Below are positions 36,206 to 47,283 of a stretch of 64,000 bases of DNA, in pieces (position 1 is the first letter of the stretch; each line of letters begins with the position of its first letter). Under the pieces are notes generated by a model. The model was not told the DNA's origin. It worked only from the letters and a program-made list of their open reading frames with translations, and did not search any database. Made by a program: the position numbers and the translations under genes. Source of the DNA: an uncultured Acidobacteriota bacterium (lineage in GTDB: Bacteria; Acidobacteriota; Vicinamibacteria; Vicinamibacterales; 2-12-FULL-66-21); assembly GCA_963797625.1 (NCBI GenBank), contig CAWCQI010000027.1, positions 192,774-256,773 of the forward strand, in the 5' to 3' direction.

Positions 36206-37950
36206 ATGCGGTTCCTCCGGATGCTGACCAACTCGCTGCTCGCAGGCGCGCTTGGCGCGGCATTCCTCACCATCATCGTCCTTCAGCTCAATCCGAACGT
36301 GCCGCTCGTGTCGGGGACGACGTGGCGCTTGTTTGTCACGCTCGCGCTCTTCTACGGGGTTCACCTGGCAGTGCTTTTCTATCTGCTGATGGTTGGTGGC
36401 GAGTTCATCGGCGTGTACGCCCTCTCGCCCGGGTGGGTGAGCGTTCGCGTGCTCGCGTGGCTCGCGGCAGCATCGGCGGCGGGTGCGGCTGTATTGATGT
36501 GGCTGAACGTCAGCGGATTCTCGGTGGCGCTCGATGAAACCGCGGCCCGGCGGATGACCGCCGGTGCGGCCGCGACGGCCGCGACCGCCATCGTGTTGCT
36601 GGGACTGGCAGGCGCGCACTACTCGTTCGGGCGGCGAGGCAGTCGTGTTGGCGCCGGGCTGCTGGCGATCGCGGTAATTCGGCTCGCTGGCGCTGCCGAT
36701 CGCTGCGCGCGGGCCCGCAGTCGCAGGGCTCGATGGATCGCTCGCGATGACGATGGCCGACCGAGCGACGCCGGTGTCAGGCCCGCGTATCGTCATGCTG
36801 CTGCTCGACGGCGCGTCTCTCGAATACATCTGGCCGGGCGTGGCTGGCGGTCGGCTCCCGAACTTCGCGCGAATCCTCGAGACTGGCGCGTCGATGGATC
36901 TGGCGACGGTCCGGCCCACCGGCCCCGATCCCGTCTGGGGTGCAGTCGCCACCGGGATGTATCCCGCCAAAAACGGCGTGCGGTCGCCATCTGTCTACTA
37001 CGTGCGCGGCGACACGCGTCCGCTCGCCCTCTTGCCGGATCATTGCTTCTCGCACGTCCTCGTGCATCTCGGGCTTCTGCGCCGCGAACCGAATACGTCG
37101 CGATCGCTCCGCGCGCGGCCCCTCTGGAGCATTCTGGCCGACGCCGGCATCACCGCCGGCGTCGTGCGCTGGCCGCTGACCTTTCCGGCGCAGCCGGTTC
37201 ACGGTTTCGTGGTGAGCGACCGTTTCCATCAACTCCTGGGATCGTTCCAGGAGTTCGACCAGAGTGCGGCGTATCCGTCCGATGTGCTGCCGGTGGCCCG
37301 CAGCGCGTTTGCCGACGCCGGACAAACACCCGACTGGCTGCCGTCGCACGATGTCCGACACCGGTTCGCTGTCGCCGGAGGCGTCCGCTGGCCTGCGCGA
37401 CCAGCTCTACAGTCGTGCCATCCGCGATTTGCGAGCGCAATGGCCCGTGCAGTTGTCGGCGGTGCGATACCAGGGACTCGACACGGTCGGCCACTACAAC
37501 TTGCGGTACACGGAGCCCCGGGACGCTGCTGGCGCCAGCGAAGACGAACGTCGGCGTCGCCTCCAAGTGATCGATCGTTACTACGGCTACATCGACAGCG
37601 AGATCGGCGCGGCGATGTCTGAGTTGCTGCCCGGGGATCTGCTGATGGTCGTGTCGGGCTTCGGCATGCAACCGCCGAATGCCGTCAAGCGCCTGCTCGG
37701 CCGCTTGATTGGCGATCCGATGAGCGGCACGCATGAGCGCGCGCCCGACGGCTTTCTGCTCGCGTATGGGACGACGGTCGAGCCGGGCCGGCACCAGCGC
37801 GGATCGATTGTCGACGTCGCGCCGACCGTCCTCTATTTCCTGGGCCTTCCTGTCGGCCGTGACATGGACGGATACGCGCGCGCGGATTTGTTCCGGAGCA
37901 CGTTCACCGCCGAACGGCCGATTGCCTTTGTACCGACACATAATCGGTGA
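36206..37950 (+). CDS. membrane-anchored alkaline-phosphatase-superfamily protein (type I phosphodiesterase/nucleotide pyrophosphatase-like); two +1 frameshifts (~36680, ~37348)
   Basis: About 5 N-terminal TM helices (frame 2). ..AIAVI|GSLALPIAARG..RIVMLLLDGASLEYIW (frame 0). ..LPSH|MSDTGSLSPE..YQGLDTVGHY..MVVSGFGM (frame 1). Confidence 0.55.
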
Positions 37951-37960
37951 AACGAACAGG

Positions 37961-38175
37961 ACAGTCGGCAGTCGGCGGTCGTCAGTCGGCAGTCGCAGTC
38001 GTTAGTCTGAGTCGGCAGTCGCAGTCCTCAGTCGCAGTCCTCAGTCCAAGTCGTCAGTCGCAACGGGTCGACTTGGACTGTCGACTCGAACTCGACTAGG
38101 ACTGTCGAGTTGGACTGACTGACTCAGACTGAAGACTGTGACTGCCGACTGACGACCGCCGACTGACGACTGTCG
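37961..38175. repeat. ~215-nt imperfect palindrome built from CAGTCG/GACTG units, upstream of the pyrR operon
   Basis: The outer ~45-55 nt of the arms pair with only about 3 mismatches (gtcggcggtcgtcagtcggcagtc.cagtc.t.agtctgagtc). Inner stem cagtccaagtc/gacttggactg with a 16-nt apical loop at 38054-38069. Confidence 0.8.
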
Positions 38176-38322
38176 TGTTACACTACTGCAGCTCTTTAAG
38201 TGCGTCCCTGTGAGGCCGCCAAGAGGTGCCACGTTGAATACTCCGTCCACGCCTTCAACTTTCCGCTCGGTCTCTGCACGATTCCGCTCCACGCCTTTCC
38301 GGATCTGCCGACAGAGGTCCAG

Positions 38323-38859
38323 ATGCCGCAGGTAATGGACGCGGATCGGATGTCGCGCGCGTTGACGCGGATCGCCCACGAGATTCTCGAGCGGAACCGC
38401 GGGCTCGACGAGCTGGCGCTCGTCGGCATCCGGACGCGAGGCGTGCCGATCGCCCGGCGGCTGGCGCGAGCCCTCAAGGAGATCAACGGCGACGACGTGC
38501 CGACCGGCGCGCTCGACATCACGCTCTATCGCGATGATCTGATGCGCCATCCGGTCGGGCCGCAGCCGCTCGTCCGGCGTACCGAGATCCCCTTTTCGAT
38601 CGACGATCGAAAAATCATGCTCGTCGACGACGTGCTGTACACCGGCCGGACGATCCGCGCGGCACTCGACGCGCTGATCGATTTTGGGCGTCCTCGCGTC
38701 ATCCAGCTGATCGCCCTCGTCGACCGCGGGCATCGCGAGCTGCCGATCAAGGCCGACTACGTCGGGAAGAATCTGCCGACGTCGCTCAAGCAGAGCGTCC
38801 AGGTCCGCCTCCAGGAGATTGACGGAATCGACGAGATTGTCATCGAGGGTGAGCCATGA
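38323..38859 (+). CDS. pyrR: bifunctional pyrimidine regulatory protein / uracil phosphoribosyltransferase
   Basis: [62 protein letters not shown] at 38323. Confidence 0.9.
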   Translation: MPQVMDADRMSRALTRIAHEILERNRGLDELALVGIRTRGVPIARRLARALKEINGDDVPTGALDITLYRDDLMRHPVGPQPLVRRTEIPFSIDDRKIMLVDDVLYTGRTIRAALDALIDFGRPRVIQLIALVDRGHRELPIKADYVGKNLPTSLKQSVQVRLQEIDGIDEIVIEGEP

Positions 38860-39876
38860 CTACGCGAACCGCGGATCGGCCGGAGATTTCCGAGCGGGAC
38901 CTCGTCCAGGGACCGGCCGCGGCGGCGTTGAAGTCGCGCCATCTCCTGGGCATCGCGGGTCTCGGCGCCGATGAGATCACGCTCGATCCTGGACACCGCC
39001 GAGGCGATGAAAGAGATCGGCGGCCGCGCCATCAAGAAAGTGCCGACGCTCCGGGGCCGCACGGTCGTCAATCTGTTCTTCGAGCCGAGCACGCGCACGC
39101 GCACCTCGTTCGAAATCGCCGAAAAACGTCTGAGCGCCGACACACTCAGCATCGCGACGGCGACCTCGAGCGTGACCAAAGGCGAAACGCTCGTCGACAC
39201 CGTCCGAAATCTCGAGGCGATGTCACCCGACATGATCGTCATGCGCCACGCGTCGTCAGGCGCCCCAGAGCTGCTGGCGCGGATCTGCCGCTCGGCGATC
39301 ATCAACGCCGGCGACGGCATGCACGAGCATCCGACGCAGGCGCTCCTCGATGCCTTCACCATCCGGGCGCACAAGGGACGGCTCGCGGGCCTCAAAGTCG
39401 CGATCGTCGGCGACCTGCTCCACAGCCGCGTGTTTCGGTCGAACGTCCTCCTGCTCAAGACGATGGGCGCCGACGTCTGGGCCTGCGGCCCGGCGACGCT
39501 GATTCCGCCCGGGCTCGAGCGGCTCGGCGCGCAGCCGACCACGTCGGTCGACGAGGCGGTGACCGACGCCGACGTCGTGATGCTGCTGCGCATCCAGCAC
39601 GAACGCATGGAGAGCCATTTCATCCCGTCGGTGCGCGAATACTTCACGCTCTTTGGCATGACCCCCGAGCGCGTCCGCCTCGCGCGGGAGGACGCCATCA
39701 TCATGCATCCCGGGCCGATGAATCGCGGCGTTGAGATCGATTCCGCGGTGGCCGACGGTCCGCACTCGGTCATTCTCGAGCAGGTCTCGAACGGCGTGGC
39801 CGTGCGGATGGCCGTGCTCTATCTGCTGTCAGGAAGAGAAGGACGCGACGACGAGTCGCTCGGGGAGGGCCGGTAG
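38856..39876 (+). CDS. pyrB: aspartate carbamoyltransferase catalytic subunit; +1 frameshift ~38985
   Basis: ATGA overlap with pyrR. ..[15 protein letters not shown] then, after removing one base, [32 protein letters not shown]. Confidence 0.9.
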
Positions 39877-39882
39877 GCCACG

Positions 39883-41179
39883 ATGAACTTACTGTTGAAG
39901 AACGGGCGGGTGGTCGATCCCGCGAGCGGCCGGGACGGCGAATTCGATGTGTTGATCGAAGACGGCGTGATCCGGCGCGTCGGCAAGAACCTTCCAGCCA
40001 ATGGCGCCGAGGTGTTCGAGGTCGCGCGCGGCTGGGTGGTCACGCCGGGGCTGATCGATATTCACGTGCACCTGCGCGAGCCTGGTCAGGAACACAAGGA
40101 GACCGTCGCCACCGGCGCGGCTTCGGCCGTCGCCGGCGGATTCACCGCCGTCGCCTGCATGCCGAACACCGACCCGGTCAACGACCACGCCGGCATCACC
40201 GAGTTCATCCTCAAGAAAGCCGCCGAAGCGAAACTGGCGCGCGTGTATCCGATCGGCGCAGTGTCGCTCGGCTCGAAGGGGGAGCAGCTCGCCGAGCTCG
40301 GCGAGCAGAAGGCTGCCGGCTGCGTGGCGTTCACCGACGATGGCCGTCCCGTGGCCACGGCGCTTCTGATGCGCCGTGCGCTCGAGTACGCCGGCATGCT
40401 CGGCGTGCCAATCGTCAACCATTGCGAGGACCCCTCGCTCAAGGGAGACGGCGTCGCGCACGAGGGTTACCACGCCTCGGCGCTCGGGCTGCGCGGGATT
40501 CCCGGCGTCGCCGAATCGCTGATGGTGGAGCGCGACGTGTCGCTGGCCGAGCTGACCGGTGGCCACGTGCACATTGCGCACATGAGCGCGCGGCAGTCGC
40601 TCCGGGCCGTGCGGGCGGGCAAGGAACGCGGCGTCCACGTCACCTGCGAGGTCGCCCCGCACCATTTCACGCTGACCGACGCGGCGCTCGAGGGCCCCCC
40701 GAAGTACGACACGAACCTCAAGATGAACCCGCCCCTCCGCGAGGACGCGGATCGCGACGCCATGCTCGAGGGGATCGCTGACGGCAGCGTCGACGTGATT
40801 GCCACCGACCACGCCCCGCATCACGCCGACGAGAAAATGCTCGAATTCGACCGCGCGCCCTTCGGCATCGTCGGGCTCGAAACGGCAGTGCCGATCGTTT
40901 GCGATCGGCTGTTGCACGCCGGAAAGATCTCCTGGAGCCGATTCGTCGAGCTCCTCTCGGTCAATCCCGCCAGGGTCTTTCGATTACCCGGCGGGTCGCT
41001 GGCCGAGGGCGCCGCCGCCGACATCACGGTGATTGCCCCGGACGCGCGGGTCACGATCAGCGCGGCCGCGTTGCGGTCGAAGTCCAAGAACACGCCGTTT
41101 GACGGCTGGGAGCTGCGCGGCGCCGTCGTCGGCGACGCTCGTCGGGGGCCGCGTCGTCTACCGCAACACCGCTTTCTGA
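39883..41179 (+). CDS. pyrC: dihydroorotase; +1 frameshift ~41131
   Basis: DIHVHLREPG..DHAPH. After ..ELRGAVV, frame 2 gives ATLVGGRVVYRNTAF* (TGA 41177-41179). The 550-aa ORF tail is read-through. Confidence 0.9.
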
Positions 41180-41197
41180 TTCGGAGAACCACGGGCA

Positions 41198-41821
41198 ATG
41201 ACGGTCAATCGTCTGGAAGACCTGCGGGATCAGGCACTCAAGAAGCTTCAGACTTTCGAGGTGCTCATGACCGACGGGCATTTCGACTACCACAACGGAT
41301 TTCACGGTCGGGTCTACCTGAATCCTCACCAGCTGCTGCAGCATCCATCGACGATCTGGCGTTTGGCGCAGGATCTGCTCGACACGCTGCCGCTGCCCCT
41401 TATCGAACAGACCGACATTGTTGCCGGACCAGCCACCGGCGGCGCGCTCGTCGCGCATACGCTGGCGGGGCTGATCGACGGGCGTCGTGCCTTGAGCCAT
41501 CCGGCGTGCAGCTTTGCCCCCTTCACGCCGGGTGAGGGCAAGTTCACGCTGCGGAGCTTCTATGCGCGCTTGATGCGAGGCAAACGCGTGCTGCTGGCCG
41601 ACGACGTGCGGAATACCGGGAAGACGTTTCAACGCTGCGCGAAGCTTGTCGCAGAGGCCGGAGGCACCGTGCTCGCAACCGTCGAAATCTGCGATCGGAT
41701 GGAAGCCATCGTCGACCTCGGCGTTCCCAACTACGCCCTCGTCGAGTACCGCGCCCCCGAGAACTATCGCGAGGCCGAGTGCCCGATGTGCGCGGCCGGT
41801 GAGCCGGTGACGGCGTTTTAG
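41198..41821 (+). CDS. type I phosphoribosyltransferase, divergent PyrE-like paralogue
   Basis: PRPP loop VLLADDVRNTGKT. TDGHFDYHNGFHGRVYL replaces the GHFxLSSGxHS box seen in the pyrE gene at 49764. C-terminal CPMC. Confidence 0.65.
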   Translation: MTVNRLEDLRDQALKKLQTFEVLMTDGHFDYHNGFHGRVYLNPHQLLQHPSTIWRLAQDLLDTLPLPLIEQTDIVAGPATGGALVAHTLAGLIDGRRALSHPACSFAPFTPGEGKFTLRSFYARLMRGKRVLLADDVRNTGKTFQRCAKLVAEAGGTVLATVEICDRMEAIVDLGVPNYALVEYRAPENYREAECPMCAAGEPVTAF

Positions 41822-41921
41822 GCTCATGGCTCATGGCTCAAGGCTCAGGGCTCAGGCAAGACCTCGGAACAGTCGCTCGAAGATCTTGCTTGCCTTGAGC
41901 CTTGAGCCTGAGCCATGAGCC
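41821..41921. repeat. 101-nt hairpin with arms of GGCTCAN heptamers
   Basis: Left arm ggctcat ggctcat ggctcaa ggctcag ggctcag gcaag; loop ~24 nt; right arm cttgcttgccttgagccttgagcctgagccatgagcc. The right arm contains ATG 41915. Confidence 0.8.
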
Positions 41922-42794
41922 CTGCAGCCATCCCTCGCCTCCTCACTCGACGCGCTCTATCGCGACTACAACCGCGAAGAATCGGCGAGCGATCCCGTCC
42001 ACCGCGTGCGGCCGTTCTCGGACTCTCGCGATCGGGAAGTGGCGGGCTTCTGCGCGGCGGCGCTCGCCTTCGGTCGGGTCGCGAGTGTGCTGAACACGAT
42101 CGACACCTTGTTCGCGATTCTGGGTCCTCGGCCGGCAGAATACGTCAGGCGGTTCGATCCGGCCGGCAGTCATCCTGAACTGCGAGCGATGGTCCATCGA
42201 TGGACCCGAGGCGTGGACATCGCCGCCCTCCTCTGGCTGTTGCGGCAGATGCTCGAGCGGTCCGGGTCGATCGAGGCCTTTTTCCTCGAAGGCGATTCCG
42301 AAGCAACCCCTGATGTCGGTGCGGCGCTCGACAGTTTCTCGACGAGGGCGCTCGCGCTCGACATCCGGCGAGCCTACGGCCGCGTGCCGAAGCGTCCGGG
42401 GGTGTGCTATTTCTTTCCGCGTCCCTCAGCGGGCAGCGCCTGCAAGCGTCTGAACCTGTTCCTCCGCTGGATGGTGCGCCGCGACGCGGTCGACCTGGGC
42501 GTCTGGACGCGACTCTCGCCAGCGCGACTCGTCGTCCCGCTCGACACGCACGTGATCCGGCTGGGCCGCTGCCTGAGGCTGACGCGGTACGTCAGTCCTG
42601 GCTGGCGGATGGCATCCGACATCACTCACTCACTCCGTGACCTCGACGCGACGGATCCCGTCCGGTTCGATTATTCGATCTGTCACGTCGGCATGATGAA
42701 CGCCTGCGGCTTCGGCCGGAAGCAGGGAGACTCGCAATGTCCGCTCAAAGGGCTATGCCATCCACGACCGCGTCGCGCGCGACGTTCCGGCTGA
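41915..42794 (+). CDS. TIGR02757/DUF2400 family protein; 5' end uncertain (possible +1 indel ~41930)
   Basis: SLDALYRDYNREESASDPVHRVRPF..FCAAALAFGRV..CYFFP..LNLFLRWMVR..VPLDTHV..CHVGMMNACGF. ATG 41915 lies one frame back from the conserved body. Confidence 0.6.
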
Positions 42795-43273
42795 TCGCGG
42801 CGCTGATCCTCGGGATCGTGCTCGGCGCCGCCGGCGCGTTCCTGCTGACCGCGCGGACGACGGAGCCGGCGCGCCGCCGCGTGATGGCCCGGATCTATTC
42901 CCCCGACAAGTCACGAGTGGCAGTGGCGCTCGAGGCGCCATGCGCGGAAGGCTTCTGTCAGGAATTGCGGCTCGGCACTTCTCAGGACGCGAGTCAGGTC
43001 GTCTCGTCGCTCACCAACAGAACGTGCGGCGAGATCGCCTGGACACCCGACGGCAAGAGAGTGGCGTTCGTGATCGACGGCTCAGAGATGGCGGTGTACG
43101 ACGTGCAGACCGCCAAACTCGCGGGAACCGTCCGGCTCCTGACATCGGAGGCGGCGCTGACCCGCATCGCGCGCGGTGTGACGTTCTCCGAGAACGGCCG
43201 CGCCGCGACGTTCGACGACTGCCCACGGACGCAGTCAGGCTGTCGTGCTGGCGTGGTGGGAGTGCCACAGTGA
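42737..43273 (+). CDS. hypothetical membrane-anchored protein
   Basis: TM helix FRLIAALILGIVLGAAGAFLL followed by a ~130-aa Cys-containing domain. GC3 bias supports coding. No family recognised. Confidence 0.4.
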   Translation: MSAQRAMPSTTASRATFRLIAALILGIVLGAAGAFLLTARTTEPARRRVMARIYSPDKSRVAVALEAPCAEGFCQELRLGTSQDASQVVSSLTNRTCGEIAWTPDGKRVAFVIDGSEMAVYDVQTAKLAGTVRLLTSEAALTRIARGVTFSENGRAATFDDCPRTQSGCRAGVVGVPQ

Positions 43274-43400
43274 GACAGGAGACAGGAGACAGGAGCTCGA
43301 GCGCGCAGCGAATCCGCACCGACACTTTCTGACAACGGTGCCAACCTTCAGCTTCTCCTGTCTCATCTCCTATCTTCTATCTCCTGTCTTCTGTCTCCTG
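43272..43400. repeat. hairpin-type element: (GAGACAG)x3 arm, ~56-nt spacer, CTCCTGT/CTNNTCT arm
   Basis: gagacaggagacaggagacaggag at 43272-43295 is partly complementary to cttctcctgtctcatctcctatcttctatctcctgtcttctgtctcctg at 43352-43400. Lies between convergent genes and overlaps the GT4 3' end. Confidence 0.7.
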
Positions 43401-44504
43401 ATCTTCGACATGCGGTCTCAGCGCGACGCGCTGGTAGACGCGTAGCGTCTCCTTCAGCATCCGCTCGGCGCTGAACCGCTGGCCGGCGCGTGCGCGCCCG
43501 GCCTTTCCCATCCGCTCGCGAAGCGCGGGGTCCTTCAAGAGGCGCACGATGGCGTCAGCCAGCGCCGCGTCGTTCCGCGCGGGAACGAGGATGCCGGTGT
43601 CGCCGTCGACCACGACCTCCGGGATGCCACCGGTGGCGGTCGCCACGATCGGCTTCCCGGCTGCCATCGCATCGAGCAGCGACGTGCCCAGGCCCTCGGT
43701 GATAGAGCTCATCACGAAAATGTCGAACGCCTTGTGGAGCGAGAGCACGTCGGGCCGGAAACCGGCGAGCAGGACGTGTTTCTCCAGGCGATGCTCCCGG
43801 ATCTGCCGCTCGAGCGCCGGGCGCAGCTCACCCTCGCCGGCGATGACGAAGCGCGCGTCGGGCACCTTGCGGACGACGAGCGCTGCCGCTTCGATGAGGT
43901 GCCGCTGTCCCTTGTGCGGGACGAGCGCCGCGACGTTCCCGACGATCGGCGCCTGATGTGGGAGAAACAGCTGCTCGTGAAGATTGGCGGGCGGCGCCAT
44001 CGAGACCCGCTCGAGGTCGATGCCCTCGTGCACGGTGACCGTTCGCGCCGCCGGCACGCCATCGGCGACCAGCATCGCGCGAATCGCTTCAGAGGCGCAG
44101 ATGAAGCAATCCACTTGTCGATACTTCCATCGCGAGAGCGCGCCGTTGCGCAGGTGAAAGTCGACCCGCCGCGAGGCGATGAGCGGCGGTTTGGCGAGTT
44201 GGGTGCTCATCGACAACGCCAGCCCAGCCATCGCGACGCCGTGCGGGTCGTGGGCATGGACCACGTCAGGCTTGAGCGTTTTGAGCAGGCGCGACAAACG
44301 CCAGGCCGCGCCGAGATCCATCTCGGTCTTGGGTGCCAGCGGGATGAGGTCCAGACCTTCCTGCGCGCGCTGCCGCAGTTCGCCGCCGGGATGCGCGACG
44401 AGCATCGTCCGATGACCGAGGCCGCGCAGGCCCAGCACGGTGACGAGGACCTGGTTCTGACCACCACGCCACGTGCGCGCCGTGTCGATGTGGAGAGAAA
44501 ACAT
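43377..44504 (-). CDS. glycosyltransferase family 4 (GT-B)
   Basis: VHAHDPHG.., FVMSSITEGLGTSLLDAMAAGKPIVAT, GILVP. The last ~8 codons are encoded by the repeat. Confidence 0.8.
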   Translation of the reverse strand: MFSLHIDTARTWRGGQNQVLVTVLGLRGLGHRTMLVAHPGGELRQRAQEGLDLIPLAPKTEMDLGAAWRLSRLLKTLKPDVVHAHDPHGVAMAGLALSMSTQLAKPPLIASRRVDFHLRNGALSRWKYRQVDCFICASEAIRAMLVADGVPAARTVTVHEGIDLERVSMAPPANLHEQLFLPHQAPIVGNVAALVPHKGQRHLIEAAALVVRKVPDARFVIAGEGELRPALERQIREHRLEKHVLLAGFRPDVLSLHKAFDIFVMSSITEGLGTSLLDAMAAGKPIVATATGGIPEVVVDGDTGILVPARNDAALADAIVRLLKDPALRERMGKAGRARAGQRFSAERMLKETLRVYQRVALRPHVEDQETEDRR

Positions 44505-45371
44505 CTAATGCGGTCGGGAGTCGGATTCCGACAGCGCACCACCCTCGACGTTCGGCGTCCGGGCGAACTTCGGTCGCCGACGCGAGTTGCTGGCGCCAGG
44601 CGCATCGCCGGGACCGAGCGATCGATATCCGCGCTGCAGCTCCCAGAGCTTCAAGACCTTCAGGAAGACGTAGTAGGAGTTGAGGATCGAGATCAGGAAG
44701 CCCGCCGCTCCGTCGCGAAAGCCGCGGCGAGCGACGTAGTTCCGCAGGAACGCCACGGGAGGATGCACGGCAAACTCGATGGCGTTGGTCCGGCGTCCCT
44801 CGGCAAACCACTCCTCGGCGGCGAGCGTCGTGTAGTGATCGATGCTCGTGACGTGATCCGAGATGTCCCGGTAGGGGTAATGCTGGAGATCGTGCTGAAG
44901 CTGTCCCGGACGGCCGTAGGTCAGTTCCACCGATTCGTGGACCCGCTTGCCGTTGAAGCGGCCAACGCGCCGGTCGTAGAGCCGCAACTGATAATCGGGA
45001 TACCAGTCGGTGCCGCGAATCCAGCGCCCGAGATAGTAGGAGATGCGCGGCATGCGGTAGCCGCCGTGCACTGACCCCTCCCGCATGATTCGCTGAATCT
45101 CGGCGGCGAGCTCGGTTGGCACGCGCTCGTCGGCGTCGAGCGCCAGGATCCAGTCGTTCGAGGCGATCTCGGCGGCGTAGTTGCGCTGCGCGCTGTAGCC
45201 GGCCCAGTCGTGGATGACGATGCGGGCGTTGTACTTTTGGGCGAGAGCGACGGTTTCATCCGCGCTATGAGAGTCGACGACGACGATTTCGTCGGCCCAC
45301 CTGACGGATTCGAGGGCGCCCTCGATGTTGGCGGCCTCGTTCCGGGTGATGACCGTAACGGTCAGCTTCAC
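44505..45371 (-). CDS. glycosyltransferase family 2
   Basis: VTVITRNEAANI, VVVDSHSADET, ALDADE. Its stop abuts the GT4 ATG. Confidence 0.85.
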   Translation of the reverse strand: MKLTVTVITRNEAANIEGALESVRWADEIVVVDSHSADETVALAQKYNARIVIHDWAGYSAQRNYAAEIASNDWILALDADERVPTELAAEIQRIMREGSVHGGYRMPRISYYLGRWIRGTDWYPDYQLRLYDRRVGRFNGKRVHESVELTYGRPGQLQHDLQHYPYRDISDHVTSIDHYTTLAAEEWFAEGRRTNAIEFAVHPPVAFLRNYVARRGFRDGAAGFLISILNSYYVFLKVLKLWELQRGYRSLGPGDAPGASNSRRRPKFARTPNVEGGALSESDSRPH

Positions 45372-45383
45372 ACGGGGAGTGTA

Positions 45384-45478
45384 CAGCTACCGGCTACCAG
45401 CTGCCAGCCTCCAGCGTCGGAGGGGAGGTTCTTCGTCGCTGGAAGCTGGGAGCTGGAAGCTGGAGCCGGCAGCGCTGG
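45384..45478. repeat. 95-nt hairpin with CCAGCTN/GGAAGCT periodic arms
   Basis: cagctaccggctaccagctgccagcctccagcg, 20-nt loop, cgctggaagctgggagctggaagctggagccggcagcgctgg. The inner 20 nt pair at about 18 of 20 positions. Confidence 0.8.
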
Positions 45479-47120
45479 TTAGAATCCCCCTCCCGGCGGC
45501 ACAACCTGCACGGCCTCGAAGTTAATCAGCGCGCGGTTGTAGGAAATGATCGCGGACAGTTCGTTGTTCAGCTGAGTAGTCAGATCGCGCTGCGCCTGGA
45601 TGACGAGAAACGTGTCTGACAGGCCAACGGCCAGCCGCTTCTCGTACGCCTGCAGGTTCTGTTCGGCGAGCTCGCGGGCTTTCTTCGTGGTTTCCACCCG
45701 CTTGAGCGCCGTCGTCACCTGCCGCGCGGCATCGCGCACCTGCGCGACGACGATCGTCTCGAGGTCGCGAAGGTTCGTCGTCTGCTGGTCACGCTGGAGC
45801 CGCGCCTGCGCGAGGCCGGCGTCCGCGGCGCTCGTGCCAATCGGATAGCTCAGACGCGAACGCGACACTCCACGTCCTGAAGTCGTTGCCGAAGACGTCG
45901 CCCAGCGAGTCGCCGAAGCTCCGCTGCGACTGCCCGATGATTGGCGGCGGGAACACGCCGGCCTGGCGATCGAAAGCGAATTGGGTTCCGGCGACGCCCT
46001 GGACGTTGTACGAGCCGATGACATCGAGCGCGGGGAGCTTCTGGTTGCGCAGGTACTTCATGCTGATGTCGGTCTGGTCGAGCTGCTTGCGGTTCTGAGC
46101 CAGATCGGTCCGGTTCTCGAGGGCGTTTTTGATCGCGGCGTCGAGGTCGAGCGGCTGCGGGGCCAGGGACGGTCGCTCGGCCGGTTCGAGCTTGGTGGTC
46201 CAGAAATCGGGCTGCGACGGGTTCATGATGAGGACGCGCAGGTTGTCCTCCGCGGTCTGAATCTGGCCCTCGGCGACGATCACCTGTTCTTCGGTTCGTG
46301 CCACTTCGGCCTCTGCCTGCACGATATCGATCGGCGCGATCGTGCCGAGCTCCACTTTCTTCTGGTTGTTCCTGAGCGAAGTCTGCGCCAGCTCATACGA
46401 CTTCTGCGCAACCTGCAGCGAGCCGATCGCGTTGACCAGGTTGAAATAGGCGTTGCGGACGACTCGTGAGGTCTGGGTCAGGCTCTGCCGAAGCTGCACG
46501 TCGGCGATTTCCAGATTCTTCTGGCTCTGAAGCAGGTTCTGCCGCTGCGCATCGATCTTGAAGTTGCGAAGAAGCGGCTGCGTGAAGATCGCCGCAAGGC
46601 TCGAATCGAGCTGCGGGTTGAACGGGTTGGTCGGATTGTTCGTCGTCACCCGCGAGGCATCGAGGCCGAGCGTGTAGCGCCCGCCGCCCCAAGGCACGAA
46701 CTGGTTGATGCCCGCGCCTGTCCTGAAGCTGTCATTCGACAGGACGCTGCTCTCGGCGCCAGTCGCGAGAAAATCGGTTGGCGGTGCAGTAGCACTCCTG
46801 GTCGTCGTCGTCGACGTCAGGTTGAGGGCGTACGCCGCACGCGCCTCCGCAACACCGTAGGTCCCGATTTGAGGGCCCAACCGGTCGGCCTGGACACCGA
46901 GGTTGTTCTCGAGCGCCATCCTGACGGCTTCATCCGGCGTGATTTTGAGTGTGGTCGGCGCCGCCGAGGCATTGAGCGGCCTCGTTGGCTGAGCCGTTTG
47001 TGCCGCAGGCTGGGCCTGTTCGGAAGCGGACAGTGCCGGACCGAAAGCGAACATCGATAACGCCATCGCGCCTGCCGTTGTTACCCGGGCACACGCTGTT
47101 ACTAGGGCTTTCACGCGCAT
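45479..47120 (-). CDS. TolC-family outer-membrane efflux protein; +1 frameshift ~45854
   Basis: Signal peptide MRVKALVTACARVTTAGAMALSMFAFGPALSA and two TolC repeats. ..FRTWSVAFA|LSYPIGTSAADAGLAQARLQ.. joins ORFs 45789-47270 and 45479-46024. Confidence 0.8.
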
Positions 47121-47283
47121 TACTCTCTCTCCAAGTAGTAGTAGAAGGGGCCGCCCTGACGGCGTTGCAAGAACTGGGCGCGGCTCCAAAAACGAGCGTT
47201 TTCCGGAGTGTATACTGCTGGTTCGAGCGGCAAGCCGCTCGAGCACTACCCCTGCCGCCCAGGTTTCCAAGGATTAGACGTTG

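Noticed and set aside
38201-38233. PyrR-binding RNA motif in the pyrR leader (GUCCCUGUGAGGCCGCCAAGAGG versus the remembered consensus UCCAGAGAGGCU)
   Set aside because: Only a partial match: about 8 of 12 positions plus one extra base. I could not draw a convincing binding-loop or anti-terminator fold by hand. It needs a covariance-model scan (Rfam PyrR) before being called.
41180-41535. C-terminal 120 aa of the 550-aa pyrC ORF
   Set aside because: This is read-through after the +1 shift at ~41131. Frame 2 gives the canonical ..ATLVGGRVVYRNTAF* ending, and the region is occupied by a well-formed PRTase gene starting at 41198.
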